A stretch of DNA of 64,000 bases from an uncultured Acidobacteriota bacterium (GTDB lineage Bacteria; Acidobacteriota; G020349885; CAZDZC01): positions 2,136 through 66,135 of the forward strand of contig CAZDZC010000008.1 in assembly GCA_964509835.1 (NCBI GenBank). The letters are read 5' to 3'. The number at the start of each line of letters is the position of its first letter. Position 1 is the stretch's first letter. A program made the translations under genes and the position numbers. Under the pieces are notes generated by a model. That model worked only from the letters and a program-made list of their open reading frames with translations. It did no database searches and was not told the DNA's origin. This document shows, one piece after another, positions 1-8,236 of the stretch.

Positions 1-147
1 AACAGTGCCCTCAGTGTTCGCGAGCATGATCATAGCCTGCGACCTGATGATTCTTGACAGCGCCTGCCTGCAGGAATCCGTCGTCTCGATTGAAAAGCCT
101 TCGGGAAGGCTGGTTTTTGTGAAAGTATTGAATGATTTTGCTGTCAT
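1..147 (-). CDS. N-terminal fragment of a protein that runs off the window edge; weak resemblance to the start of a CHAD (polyphosphate-associated) domain
   Basis: Not in the ORF track because it is open at the window edge. A minus-strand ATG at 147 opens a frame that stays open for 49 codons to position 1 (MTAKSFNTFTKTSLPEGFSIETTDSCRQALSRIIRSQAMIMLANTEGTV). A 27-codon mini-ORF (227..144) ends in an ATGA overlap with this start. The CHAD resemblance is from memory only. Confidence 0.3.
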   Translation of the reverse strand, partial: MTAKSFNTFTKTSLPEGFSIETTDSCRQALSRIIRSQAMIMLANTEGTV

Positions 148-246
148 TGTTTACATCCGGATTTGTAAAACAGGGGATAATCCTTTTTTTCCGCTTGATT
201 CATATTCTGTTTATGTTCCTGAAACATCGTCAATTTTTCTGTCAAG

Positions 247-279
247 TGTTATTCTAATACAGAATCCGGAATTAACCAA
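247..279 (-). promoter_or_regulatory. 33-bp promoter-like element, copy A (minus strand TTGGTT-17 nt-TAGAAT)
   Basis: 31 of 33 nt are identical to 1956..1988. On the minus strand it reads TTGGTTAATTCCGGATTCTGTATTAGAATAACA, with the -35 at 279..274 and the -10 at 256..251. It lies about 100 nt upstream of the fragment CDS at 147. Confidence 0.45.
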
Positions 280-352
280 AGGGTTTCGGAAAGGTTAGGG
301 GAAGAAAATAACCTAAAGTGTCAGAGCAAGGGGAAATGTTTGCGGTTACAGG

Positions 353-1939
353 TCATAATACCTTGATAGAATTGATTTTCAAACGGATGTCCCTGCAGAA
401 AACCTTTCTGAATAACTGGGATTTTTTTCTGAGACTCCACTGTTCAATCAGCATATCACCCGTTCCTTTAAGAAAGAGCGTAACCGTAGCTTCTGATAAC
501 TTGGCACGGACACTGTGGACATTCTGGATATGCTCCCTGTCAAGAGCATCAATAAGTCTCAGAATGGCAGAAAGTTTCCGGACGCGAGCCTGATCATTAT
601 TCGGAAGAAGAGCGAACAGTTCGTGATTGTTCTCAGGGTCTCCCTTGCGGTGGTATCTGGCGATCTGCGCAATCATTATCATTTCGGATTCATTGAACCC
701 GGGAAGTTGTGAATTTGATATGATATAGCACGAATGTTTATGATGTCCCGAAAAGGAAATGTATTTTCCTATATCATGGAGGACAGCCGAAGCTGACAGG
801 ATCATTCTGTCCTTATCCCCGAGTCCGTGAATTCGCGATGTCTGGTCGAAGAAAGACATGCTCATTTCCGCTACATGCAGAGCGTGTCGCTCGTCAAACA
901 TATATTTCCGTCCGAGGCTGACGGCAGCGGTTATTATCTGGCTGCTTCTGCGGTTCTCATAATCCCTGTCTGACAAAAGATTGTCAATTATATCCCTCAC
1001 CAGGCCTTCTTTTACCCCGACGAAAGGAACATAGATTTCCTCCATCCCAGCTGCTTCAGCAATCCTCTGATATACAAGCGCTGCCGGCAGGACAACATCA
1101 GCGCGGTCCTCCTTCAGCCCAAGCTCCTTAACCCTGTCAAGGTAGGAAAGTCGGGACAACGCCCCGATTATTGATGCCAGCCTTTTCAGACTGAGCCTGC
1201 ATAAAGAGTTCTGAGGCAATTTAATATTATCCAGTTTTGTAATCGCTTCAATATTTCCCCCGGTTGCTATCAGACCGGCAGGTTTTCTGTCGAGGACAGC
1301 CTTAGGGATGTTCAGAATTGATATGTATTCAGAGACCAGTTTGTGGAACCTTCCGGGTTCTTCGTCATTTATGACTGAAAGCTCTTCGAGAAGCCTCACA
1401 CTCCCCATTGTGTGCGATTCACTCCAAAGAACGCCTGAATTATCGACGAGAGCCACTTCAACGCTTCCTCCGCCGAGATCAATCAGCAGCCACGGCTTTT
1501 TACCCATCTGGATTTCAGAACGGACAGCGACATGAGCGAGACGAACTTCCTCGGAACCTGTGATCACTTCGACATCCAGCCCGGTAGAATTTTGGATTCT
1601 AGAAAGAAAATCCTTTCCGTTCCTGCTTTCTCTGACAGCGCTTGTTGCTACAGTCCTTATATTTGTGATATTGAGCTCACGCAATCTGGCGGCCAGCAAG
1701 GACAGTTCATTTAATGCCTTTCCCATAAGGTCCTCAGGAAGCATACCTGTCATGAAAACGCTGTGGCCTAGCCTAACCGGAATCCTTACGGAATCAAGCA
1801 CTATCATGTTTTGCCTGTCCTGAAAAGAAACGGCCAACATCCTGATGGCATTGGATCCTATCTCAATGCATCCGGCGGATATAGGAAACACAGGCCCGGC
1901 ATTTTTTTTCGCGTTTTGTTTCTTGTCAGGATAAGTCAT
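353..1939 (-). CDS. ppx: Ppx/GppA-family exopolyphosphatase with C-terminal HD domain
   Basis: 528-aa ORF. It has the Ppx/GppA actin-like ATPase motifs (IEIGSNAIRMLAV, LIDLGGGSVEVALV) and a C-terminal HD motif (LHDIGKYISFSGHHKHSCYII). A GGGAGA RBS lies 3 nt upstream of the ATG. Confidence 0.9.
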   Translation of the reverse strand: MTYPDKKQNAKKNAGPVFPISAGCIEIGSNAIRMLAVSFQDRQNMIVLDSVRIPVRLGHSVFMTGMLPEDLMGKALNELSLLAARLRELNITNIRTVATSAVRESRNGKDFLSRIQNSTGLDVEVITGSEEVRLAHVAVRSEIQMGKKPWLLIDLGGGSVEVALVDNSGVLWSESHTMGSVRLLEELSVINDEEPGRFHKLVSEYISILNIPKAVLDRKPAGLIATGGNIEAITKLDNIKLPQNSLCRLSLKRLASIIGALSRLSYLDRVKELGLKEDRADVVLPAALVYQRIAEAAGMEEIYVPFVGVKEGLVRDIIDNLLSDRDYENRRSSQIITAAVSLGRKYMFDERHALHVAEMSMSFFDQTSRIHGLGDKDRMILSASAVLHDIGKYISFSGHHKHSCYIISNSQLPGFNESEMIMIAQIARYHRKGDPENNHELFALLPNNDQARVRKLSAILRLIDALDREHIQNVHSVRAKLSEATVTLFLKGTGDMLIEQWSLRKKSQLFRKVFCRDIRLKINSIKVL

Positions 1940-1955
1940 AAGTCTCCCAGTTAAA

Positions 1956-1988
1956 TGTTATTCTAATACAGAATCCGTGATTAACCAA
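1956..1988 (-). promoter_or_regulatory. 33-bp promoter-like element, copy B, directly upstream of ppx
   Basis: Minus strand TTGGTT (1988..1983)-17 nt-TAGAAT (1965..1960), 20 nt upstream of the ppx ATG at 1939. Near-identical to 247..279. Confidence 0.5.
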
Positions 1989-2110
1989 GAATTTTAGGCA
2001 AATGAAGGTCTGACAGGCTGAATAGTGTTAGAAAGACGACATTTCAACTTTACTCTTGTTCAATCCGGCTTTTCTGGTAGAATGATATCTTTTTATCGTA
2101 GCGGAATGAG

Positions 2111-3088
2111 ATGAGAATTTCGGAAATTGTCAAAGGTTTTAAAGGCAAAAGGATTGTTGTTTTCGGCGATCTCGTGGCAGATTGCTATGTTTTCGGCGAC
2201 ATCGAGCGCGTTTCCCGAGAGGCTCCGGTTCTTATAATTCGTCAGTCGGGTGAAATAATTATTCCCGGAAGTGCCGGGAACACGGTTATGAACATCAAAG
2301 CCCTGGGAGGGGAACCTGTACCTGTAGGTTTCCTCGGGAAAGACAGTTCCGGTGACAAGCTTTCTGATATCTTTTCTTCAAATGATATTGATACCTCATT
2401 TATTTTGCGGGATGCTGCTTTGGAAACGGTAACAAAGAGCCGTATCCTTGCCGGGGTGCACAATGTGGCGAAACAGCAGGTTGTCCGAATTGATTCCGGC
2501 AGGGGGTATTTTGACGGGAGCAGATCCAACATCCGGAAGATGCTTTTGAGCGCCCTGAAGTCAGCTGACGGCTACATAATTTCAGATTATGCCGGCGGAA
2601 CTGTTGATCCTGAAACAGCGCATGGGGAAAAGTGCGGAATAACGCTGGTTGACTCGAGATACAGGCTGACTTCTTTTACGGGCGTGACTTCAGCAACACC
2701 TAACGAATCCGAAGCTGAAGAAGCGGTAGGATATTCGATTGATACTGATGAATGCCTTGATAAAGCGGGGTTTGAGCTGCTGGCGAAAATAAAAGCAGAG
2801 GCTGTTGTAATTACACGCGGGAAAAGGGGGATGAGCGTTTTCAGAAAAGGTTTGTGCCGCGTGGATATTCCCATTTTCGGTTCAGAGGATATTGCGGATG
2901 TGACGGGCGCGGGTGACACCGTAATTTCGGCATATTGTCTTGCGCTTACGGCGGGAACTGGCCATTTAGGCGCCGCGAAGCTTGCGAATATTGCGGGAGG
3001 ATTGGTGGTCATGAAAAAAGGTACTGCGGTGGTGACTTCAGATGAGATTGTTTCAATGAGCAATAATTCAGATATGGGAGATGATTGA
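2111..3088 (+). CDS. PfkB-family carbohydrate kinase, RfaE/HldE domain-I-like (heptose-7-phosphate kinase-like)
   Basis: 325 aa. PfkB signature DVTGAGDTVISAY near the C-terminus. The N-terminal VFGDLVADCYVFGDIERVSREAPV is typical of HldE kinase domains. No adenylyltransferase domain is present. Confidence 0.75.
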   Translation: MRISEIVKGFKGKRIVVFGDLVADCYVFGDIERVSREAPVLIIRQSGEIIIPGSAGNTVMNIKALGGEPVPVGFLGKDSSGDKLSDIFSSNDIDTSFILRDAALETVTKSRILAGVHNVAKQQVVRIDSGRGYFDGSRSNIRKMLLSALKSADGYIISDYAGGTVDPETAHGEKCGITLVDSRYRLTSFTGVTSATPNESEAEEAVGYSIDTDECLDKAGFELLAKIKAEAVVITRGKRGMSVFRKGLCRVDIPIFGSEDIADVTGAGDTVISAYCLALTAGTGHLGAAKLANIAGGLVVMKKGTAVVTSDEIVSMSNNSDMGDD

Positions 3089-4158
3089 ATATGAGAAAGG
3101 AAAGCCTTGTTTTTCTGGAAAAACTTTTGAATACCCCGAGTCCTTCAGGTTTTGAAGAGACTGCCCAGAAACTCTGGTGCAGATATGTTTCGGATTTTGC
3201 CGAATCGGTCAGGATGGATGTCCACGGAAACGCGATTGCCTGCATAAATGGAAATGGCAGGCCCAGAATAATGCTTGCAGGCCATATTGATGAAATAGGT
3301 CTGATGATAAATCACATAACTGATGACGGTTTTCTCCATTTTATGGCAGTGGGCGGCGTCAGAACAACTGTTCTACCAGGTCAATGGGTTCGCATTATGC
3401 ACGGGGATAAAGAGGTCAGAGGGATAATCGGCAAGAATATCTTCTGGCTGGACGAAGAAAAGGCCAAAGCTCTTCCCAAGATGAATGATTTGACTATTGA
3501 TATCGGCGCAAAAGATAAGAAATCAGCCCTCAAACTTGTTTCTCCGGGAGATCCGGTGGTAATAGACAATAAACCGGGTTATCTGAACAGTGATCTTCTT
3601 GTTGCGAGAGGGCTGGATGACAGGATAGGAGCCTTTGTGGTTGCCGAAGTACTTAGAAATCTTTCCGGTAAAAAAATAGAGGCATCCGTTTTCGCCGTGT
3701 CAACTGTTCAGGAGGAGATCGGGTGCAAGGGCGCCATCACCAGTTCCTTTTCAATCGAGCCTGATGCCGCTATTGCGATAGATGTGACTCCTGCAACAGA
3801 CTCTCCCCAGATGGACAAGAGGGATCTTGCTGATATTGCACTGGGGAAGGGAGCGGTTATAAACAGAGGAGCTCCTGCCAACAGGATGCTCGAGAATAGT
3901 TTACGCGCTGTTGCCGAAAAAGAGAAAATCCCGTATCAGCTTGAAGCAGCGCCGATGCGCTCAGGGACTGATGCCGATTTCATACAGATATCCCGCAGTG
4001 GAGTCGCCACGGAAATTGTAAGTCTTCCGTGCAGATATCTTCATACTCCGACAGAAGTTATCTCGCTCAAAGACTGCGATAATGTGATAAAGCTTCTCAC
4101 CCGGTTTATTTCAGGGCTGAAAAAGAATCAGAAATATTCTGTTGACTGGAAGAAATAG
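3085..4158 (+). CDS. M42-family metallo-aminopeptidase (FrvX/YsdC/PepA-like)
   Basis: 357 aa. Motifs: PSPSGFE, MLAGHIDEIGLMI, ARGLDDRIG, VQEEIGCKGA. There is a 4-nt overlap with the upstream kinase gene. Confidence 0.85.
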   Translation: MNMRKESLVFLEKLLNTPSPSGFEETAQKLWCRYVSDFAESVRMDVHGNAIACINGNGRPRIMLAGHIDEIGLMINHITDDGFLHFMAVGGVRTTVLPGQWVRIMHGDKEVRGIIGKNIFWLDEEKAKALPKMNDLTIDIGAKDKKSALKLVSPGDPVVIDNKPGYLNSDLLVARGLDDRIGAFVVAEVLRNLSGKKIEASVFAVSTVQEEIGCKGAITSSFSIEPDAAIAIDVTPATDSPQMDKRDLADIALGKGAVINRGAPANRMLENSLRAVAEKEKIPYQLEAAPMRSGTDADFIQISRSGVATEIVSLPCRYLHTPTEVISLKDCDNVIKLLTRFISGLKKNQKYSVDWKK

Positions 4159-5532
4159 ATGATTCTCAGAAAAAATGCTTTTTCCGCATTGATGTTTATT
4201 TGGATTGTTCTGTCTTTTGGCATTGCGACAGCGGAAGGGGGCAATCCGGGGAAAAAGCCTAATTTTCTGCTTATTACAATAGACACGCTGAGAGCAGACC
4301 ATCTTTCCTGCTACGGCTATCATCGTAAAACATCCCCGAATATTGACAAACTGGCGGATGAGGGTGTCCTTTTTGAACGGTGCTCTTCGAATATCCCGCT
4401 TACAGGACCGTCTCACTGCACAATGCTGACTTCTCTTTATCCTCACGAGCACGGCTCCATCAGGAACGGTGTTCCTGTGAATGAGGACGCGCTGAGTATT
4501 GCAACCATCCTGCAACAATCCGGTTACAATACAGCAGCGTTTGTGAGCAGCTGGACACTCAAGGCCGATTTAACAGGGGCCTTCAAGGGGTTTTCCGTAT
4601 ATGACGACAAGGTTGACAGTCAATATTCTCTGATAAACAATGAAAGGATTGCAGAAAATACAACTGCGCTTGTTCTTGACTGGATGAATAAAGCGTCAGG
4701 TGAGCCCTTTTTCCTTTGGGTGCATCTTTTTGATCCGCACGACCCGTACAATGCTCATGAAGGGTTCGCCAACCTCCCGAGGAATGAAAATGCTGATTCC
4801 TCAAAGGGTCAGGTCGTCCACCTGAACCGGAAAAAGCAGGAGCTTTACGATCAGGAGATTGCCTACACCGACAAACATATTGGGATGATTCTGGAAAAAC
4901 TTGAAAGCAAAGGGGTTACTGACAACACTTATGTTATTCTTACGGCTGACCACGGTGAAAGTTTCGGTGAGCATAGTTACACAGGACACGGAAGAAAGGT
5001 ATATGAAGCAGGGATACATGTCCCTCTTGTAATCAGAGGGAATGGCATAAAAGAGGGTGGAATACTTGGAAACAGGGTCCAGCTCCTTGATATAGCGCCG
5101 ACAGTGGCTTCTCTTGCCGGAATAGAAGTACCGGCTGAATTCGGGGGGATTGACCTGAGCCCTCTGGTTAAGGGGAAAGGGGAAATACCTGAAAGGGATA
5201 TTTATTTCATGACCTATCCCGGCGCAGTAGGGCATCTCCCAAAATGGCTCAAATCAATTATTGTTTCCAACAAACCGAGCCAGCCGCTAAAGCTGGGTGT
5301 CAAGAAAAAAGGAATGAAATACATACTTACTCCGGACACCAGAGATCTTGAAGTATATGATCTGATATTGGACAGGTTTGAAGTAAAAAATCTTTCATCC
5401 GGCAAACCTGAATACCGTAAATTGAAAAGTGAGCTTCTGGACTGGTTCCGCGAATCCAGAAAGACCACCGGTAAAAGTAAAATGGGCAAAGAGGACAAGG
5501 AAATGCTTAAAAGTCTCGGATATATAAACTGA
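4159..5532 (+). CDS. Exported sulfatase / alkaline-phosphatase-superfamily hydrolase
   Basis: 457 aa. It has a hydrophobic signal peptide, the motif NFLLITIDTLRADHLSCYGY, the segment IPLTGPSHCTMLTSLYP, and TADHGESFGEH. Confidence 0.8.
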   Translation: MILRKNAFSALMFIWIVLSFGIATAEGGNPGKKPNFLLITIDTLRADHLSCYGYHRKTSPNIDKLADEGVLFERCSSNIPLTGPSHCTMLTSLYPHEHGSIRNGVPVNEDALSIATILQQSGYNTAAFVSSWTLKADLTGAFKGFSVYDDKVDSQYSLINNERIAENTTALVLDWMNKASGEPFFLWVHLFDPHDPYNAHEGFANLPRNENADSSKGQVVHLNRKKQELYDQEIAYTDKHIGMILEKLESKGVTDNTYVILTADHGESFGEHSYTGHGRKVYEAGIHVPLVIRGNGIKEGGILGNRVQLLDIAPTVASLAGIEVPAEFGGIDLSPLVKGKGEIPERDIYFMTYPGAVGHLPKWLKSIIVSNKPSQPLKLGVKKKGMKYILTPDTRDLEVYDLILDRFEVKNLSSGKPEYRKLKSELLDWFRESRKTTGKSKMGKEDKEMLKSLGYIN

Positions 5533-5539
5533 CAAATAT

Positions 5540-6634
5540 ATGCTGGAACTGGAACTCGTTTCAAAAAGCTACAGCAGGGGTCAGGAAGCGCTCAGAGATG
5601 TCAGCCTGTCAATCAGGAGAGGGCAGACCATTGTTCTGCTTGGCGAGAAAGGGTCGGGCAAAAGCACCCTGCTTAAAATCCTCGCGGGGTTGATTAAACC
5701 ATCATCAGGAACGATAAAGAGCGACACGAGTTACCTGAATCTTAAAAGAGGTTATGTGACAGCCAAGGGAGGCCTGATCTCTCACATAACAGTAGAGCGA
5801 AACCTTTCTGTAATGGCTGGTTTCAAAGGGTGGAAGAAAACCGAAGTCAACAGACAGATATTGTCATCGCTTGAACTTGTAGGCCTGGATCCCGCTTTTG
5901 TCGCGCAAAAAAAACCTGTTCAGTTATCTCAAAGGGAGATCATTCAGGTCGCTCTTGCACGGGCAATTGCATTCAGGCCTGAGATCGTGCTTCTTGACGA
6001 ACCTTTTGACGAATTGCCTCTTCCGGATCGCGACTTTTTAAGACGCGAGTTCCTTCGGGTCAGAACCCTTCTTAAATCAATGACCTTCATTTATGCCACA
6101 AGGGATCCTGTTGAAGCAGTAAAGGTGGGTGACGCGATTGCCGTGATGAGAGATGCCGAAATGCTGAAGGTGGGGACTCCTCAGTCAATTGTTTCAGGAA
6201 CGAAGGACCAGTACATAGACAAACTTTTCAGGAATCACAGTTTCCAGATAAAGCTGGAAGCTGTTAATTTAAGCGAGCTGATGATCAGCAATCCTGTCCA
6301 TATAACGACAACACAGCTTAAACTGCCTGCGTCGCGCGCTGTCTATCTGATGAAAAGATACCGGATAGGCAGTCTTGTAGTCACCACGCCCGCGTATGAG
6401 TTTGCCGGTATAGTGAGGCTGGAGGATATTATTGACTGGGGCAGCGAAAAGAAGGTCAGTGATGTTCTCAAAACCGATATTCAGCCTCTGCGCACTACGG
6501 ATTCATTTTCAGACGCGCTGAGTTATTTCATGAAGAATGAAGCAGAATTTCTGCCCCTGCTGGACGAACATAACAAGCTGAAAGGTCTGATTACAAGAAA
6601 GGGCATTTCTAAAATTTTGGAAAGGCTTCTTTAA
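5540..6634 (+). CDS. ABC-transporter nucleotide-binding protein with C-terminal CBS pair (OpuA/OpuC-ATPase-like), catalytic motifs degenerate
   Basis: 364 aa. Walker A (GEKGSGKST) and Walker B (VLLDEPF) are present. The Q-loop Gln is absent (GYVTAKGG), the signature LSGGQ is replaced by LSQRE, and the H-loop His is replaced by Arg (ATRD). The C-terminal half is CBS-like. Confidence 0.8.
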   Translation: MLELELVSKSYSRGQEALRDVSLSIRRGQTIVLLGEKGSGKSTLLKILAGLIKPSSGTIKSDTSYLNLKRGYVTAKGGLISHITVERNLSVMAGFKGWKKTEVNRQILSSLELVGLDPAFVAQKKPVQLSQREIIQVALARAIAFRPEIVLLDEPFDELPLPDRDFLRREFLRVRTLLKSMTFIYATRDPVEAVKVGDAIAVMRDAEMLKVGTPQSIVSGTKDQYIDKLFRNHSFQIKLEAVNLSELMISNPVHITTTQLKLPASRAVYLMKRYRIGSLVVTTPAYEFAGIVRLEDIIDWGSEKKVSDVLKTDIQPLRTTDSFSDALSYFMKNEAEFLPLLDEHNKLKGLITRKGISKILERLL

Positions 6635-7281
6635 TGACAGATTTTATAAACCATTTCAGCAATGTTGACTGGCCCGTGATTTTGAGCATGACAGCGGAAC
6701 ATCTGTTTCTTTGTTATTATGCTCTCGTAACTGGCCTGACTATAGGCATAATTGCAGGAATTGCGCTTTCGTTCTCGGATTCTGCCTCAAATGTTGTAAA
6801 AGGGCTTGACCGAATGGTAATGACTGTTCCTGCGCTTGCGGTGGGAGGTATCGCTTATTCAATCTCATCAAGCATTTGTGTATCGGTACTGATGTTTCTT
6901 TCGATATATACTGCGGTGCCGGTTATGAGAGGATGCTATAATGGTGCCAGGTCCTCCGACCATGCCGCTCTTGAAAGTTGCCGCGCAATGGGCATGCCGT
7001 TAATTGACCAGTTTCTTCTTATACTTGCTCCGGCATTTCTTCCCTCGTTCATAACTGGATTGAGAAGGGCTGTTAATCTTGTTTTGGGCGCTGCCGCACT
7101 CAGTGCGGTGATCATGCCGGCGGGATTGGGTGTCAGTCTTGTCAACATGAAAGTTTCAGGAATGGAGACTGTTTTAATAGTCTCTTTGATTCTTATAGCC
7201 CTCGCAATGGTTCTTGACCTTATTTTCGGAGGAATATTGTTTCTGATTGAAAAGAACAATATAGGTTTTAAAAAGATATAG
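6634..7281 (+). CDS. ABC transporter permease (BPD_transp_1 type, OpuB/OpuC-permease-like)
   Basis: 215 aa and multi-TM, with an EAA-like loop (ALESCRAMGMPLIDQFLLILAPAFLPSFITGLR). Its start overlaps the stop of the ATPase gene. Confidence 0.8.
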   Translation: MTDFINHFSNVDWPVILSMTAEHLFLCYYALVTGLTIGIIAGIALSFSDSASNVVKGLDRMVMTVPALAVGGIAYSISSSICVSVLMFLSIYTAVPVMRGCYNGARSSDHAALESCRAMGMPLIDQFLLILAPAFLPSFITGLRRAVNLVLGAAALSAVIMPAGLGVSLVNMKVSGMETVLIVSLILIALAMVLDLIFGGILFLIEKNNIGFKKI

Positions 7282-7297
7282 TTCAGTTGAATTTTAC

Positions 7298-7325
7298 TTG
7301 ACTATGATTTGGCAGGTTGTATACT
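7298..7325 (+). promoter_or_regulatory. Putative sigma70-type promoter upstream of sdhC (TTGACT-16 nt-TATACT)
   Basis: TTGACT at 7298..7303 and TATACT at 7320..7325, with TG immediately upstream of the -10. It lies about 170 nt upstream of the sdhC start. Confidence 0.35.
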
Positions 7326-7494
7326 TTTCACTTCGTTCTTCCGGGCGCAAAATGAATTCACGAAGGGCCCGTGTTGTGGATGTAACAATCAAAATAAAAA
7401 TTTGACAGGATGTGTAAGGATGGTTTTTACAGAATTTTTATTCCGGTGCATTTTTTATATCAATTTATGTTTAAAGCAACAAAGGAGATGTTAA

Positions 7495-7863
7495 ATGTTG
7501 ATTGAGTTGTTAAAATACCGATGGCACTCAGGCAGTTTCGCATGGATCATCCACCGGCTTACCGGATTGGCGCTTACTGTGTATTTGACCATGCATATCA
7601 TGGTAATCAGCACACTTTCAGAACCCGAAAGGTTCAGCGCAGCCATGGGCATATTAGGGCATCCCGTTTTCAAGATACTTGAGATCGGACTTCTCGGCTG
7701 TATTCTTTTCCACGCCTTGAACGGCATCAGGATACTTATCGTGGATTTCGGAAACGGTGCCCGTTATCATAAACTCCTTTACTGGCTGATGCTGGTTGCG
7801 GTCATCGTACTGACAGCCCTTGGCGGAGTTCCTTTTGTGATGGAGGCAATGCATAATGCTTAA
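7495..7863 (+). CDS. sdhC: Succinate dehydrogenase cytochrome b subunit
   Basis: 122 aa with three hydrophobic helices and His residues in the helices. It is the first gene of the sdhCDAB order. Confidence 0.8.
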   Translation: MLIELLKYRWHSGSFAWIIHRLTGLALTVYLTMHIMVISTLSEPERFSAAMGILGHPVFKILEIGLLGCILFHALNGIRILIVDFGNGARYHKLLYWLMLVAVIVLTALGGVPFVMEAMHNA

Positions 7864-8227
7864 ACTCAGAACGACCGGATCAAAATCTGCCGGCTCTTTG
7901 CCGTGGTTCATACAGCGTGTCAGCGGTATTGTGCTTGTAATCCTGCTGATTCTGCATTTTGCCCTGATGCATTATCCTCTGCCAGGGGATTCCGACGGTT
8001 ACAAAATCGAAAATGTTATTAACAGGCTTGACAGCCCTTACTGGAAAGCATTTGATATATTTTTTCTGGTCTTTGCCATATATCACGGAATGAACGGGCT
8101 TTGGCAGGTTTTACAGGATTATAAAATGAAACAGGGCTTCAGGCTTGTTCTTTACGGGGCTATTTTTTCGGTGGGAATATTTTTCCTTACCCTCGGGACA
8201 ATCACAATAATCAACTTCAAGGGGTAG
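7856..8227 (+). CDS. sdhD: Succinate dehydrogenase hydrophobic membrane anchor subunit
   Basis: 123 aa with three TM helices. It overlaps sdhC by 8 nt and lies immediately upstream of sdhA. Confidence 0.75.
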   Translation: MLKLRTTGSKSAGSLPWFIQRVSGIVLVILLILHFALMHYPLPGDSDGYKIENVINRLDSPYWKAFDIFFLVFAIYHGMNGLWQVLQDYKMKQGFRLVLYGAIFSVGIFFLTLGTITIINFKG

Positions 8228-8236
8228 GAGGAGAAA

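Noticed and set aside
5-298. 97-aa plus-strand ORF at the left edge
   Set aside because: It overlaps the duplicated minus-strand promoter element and the minus-strand open frame leaving the window. It has no RBS and no recognisable motifs.
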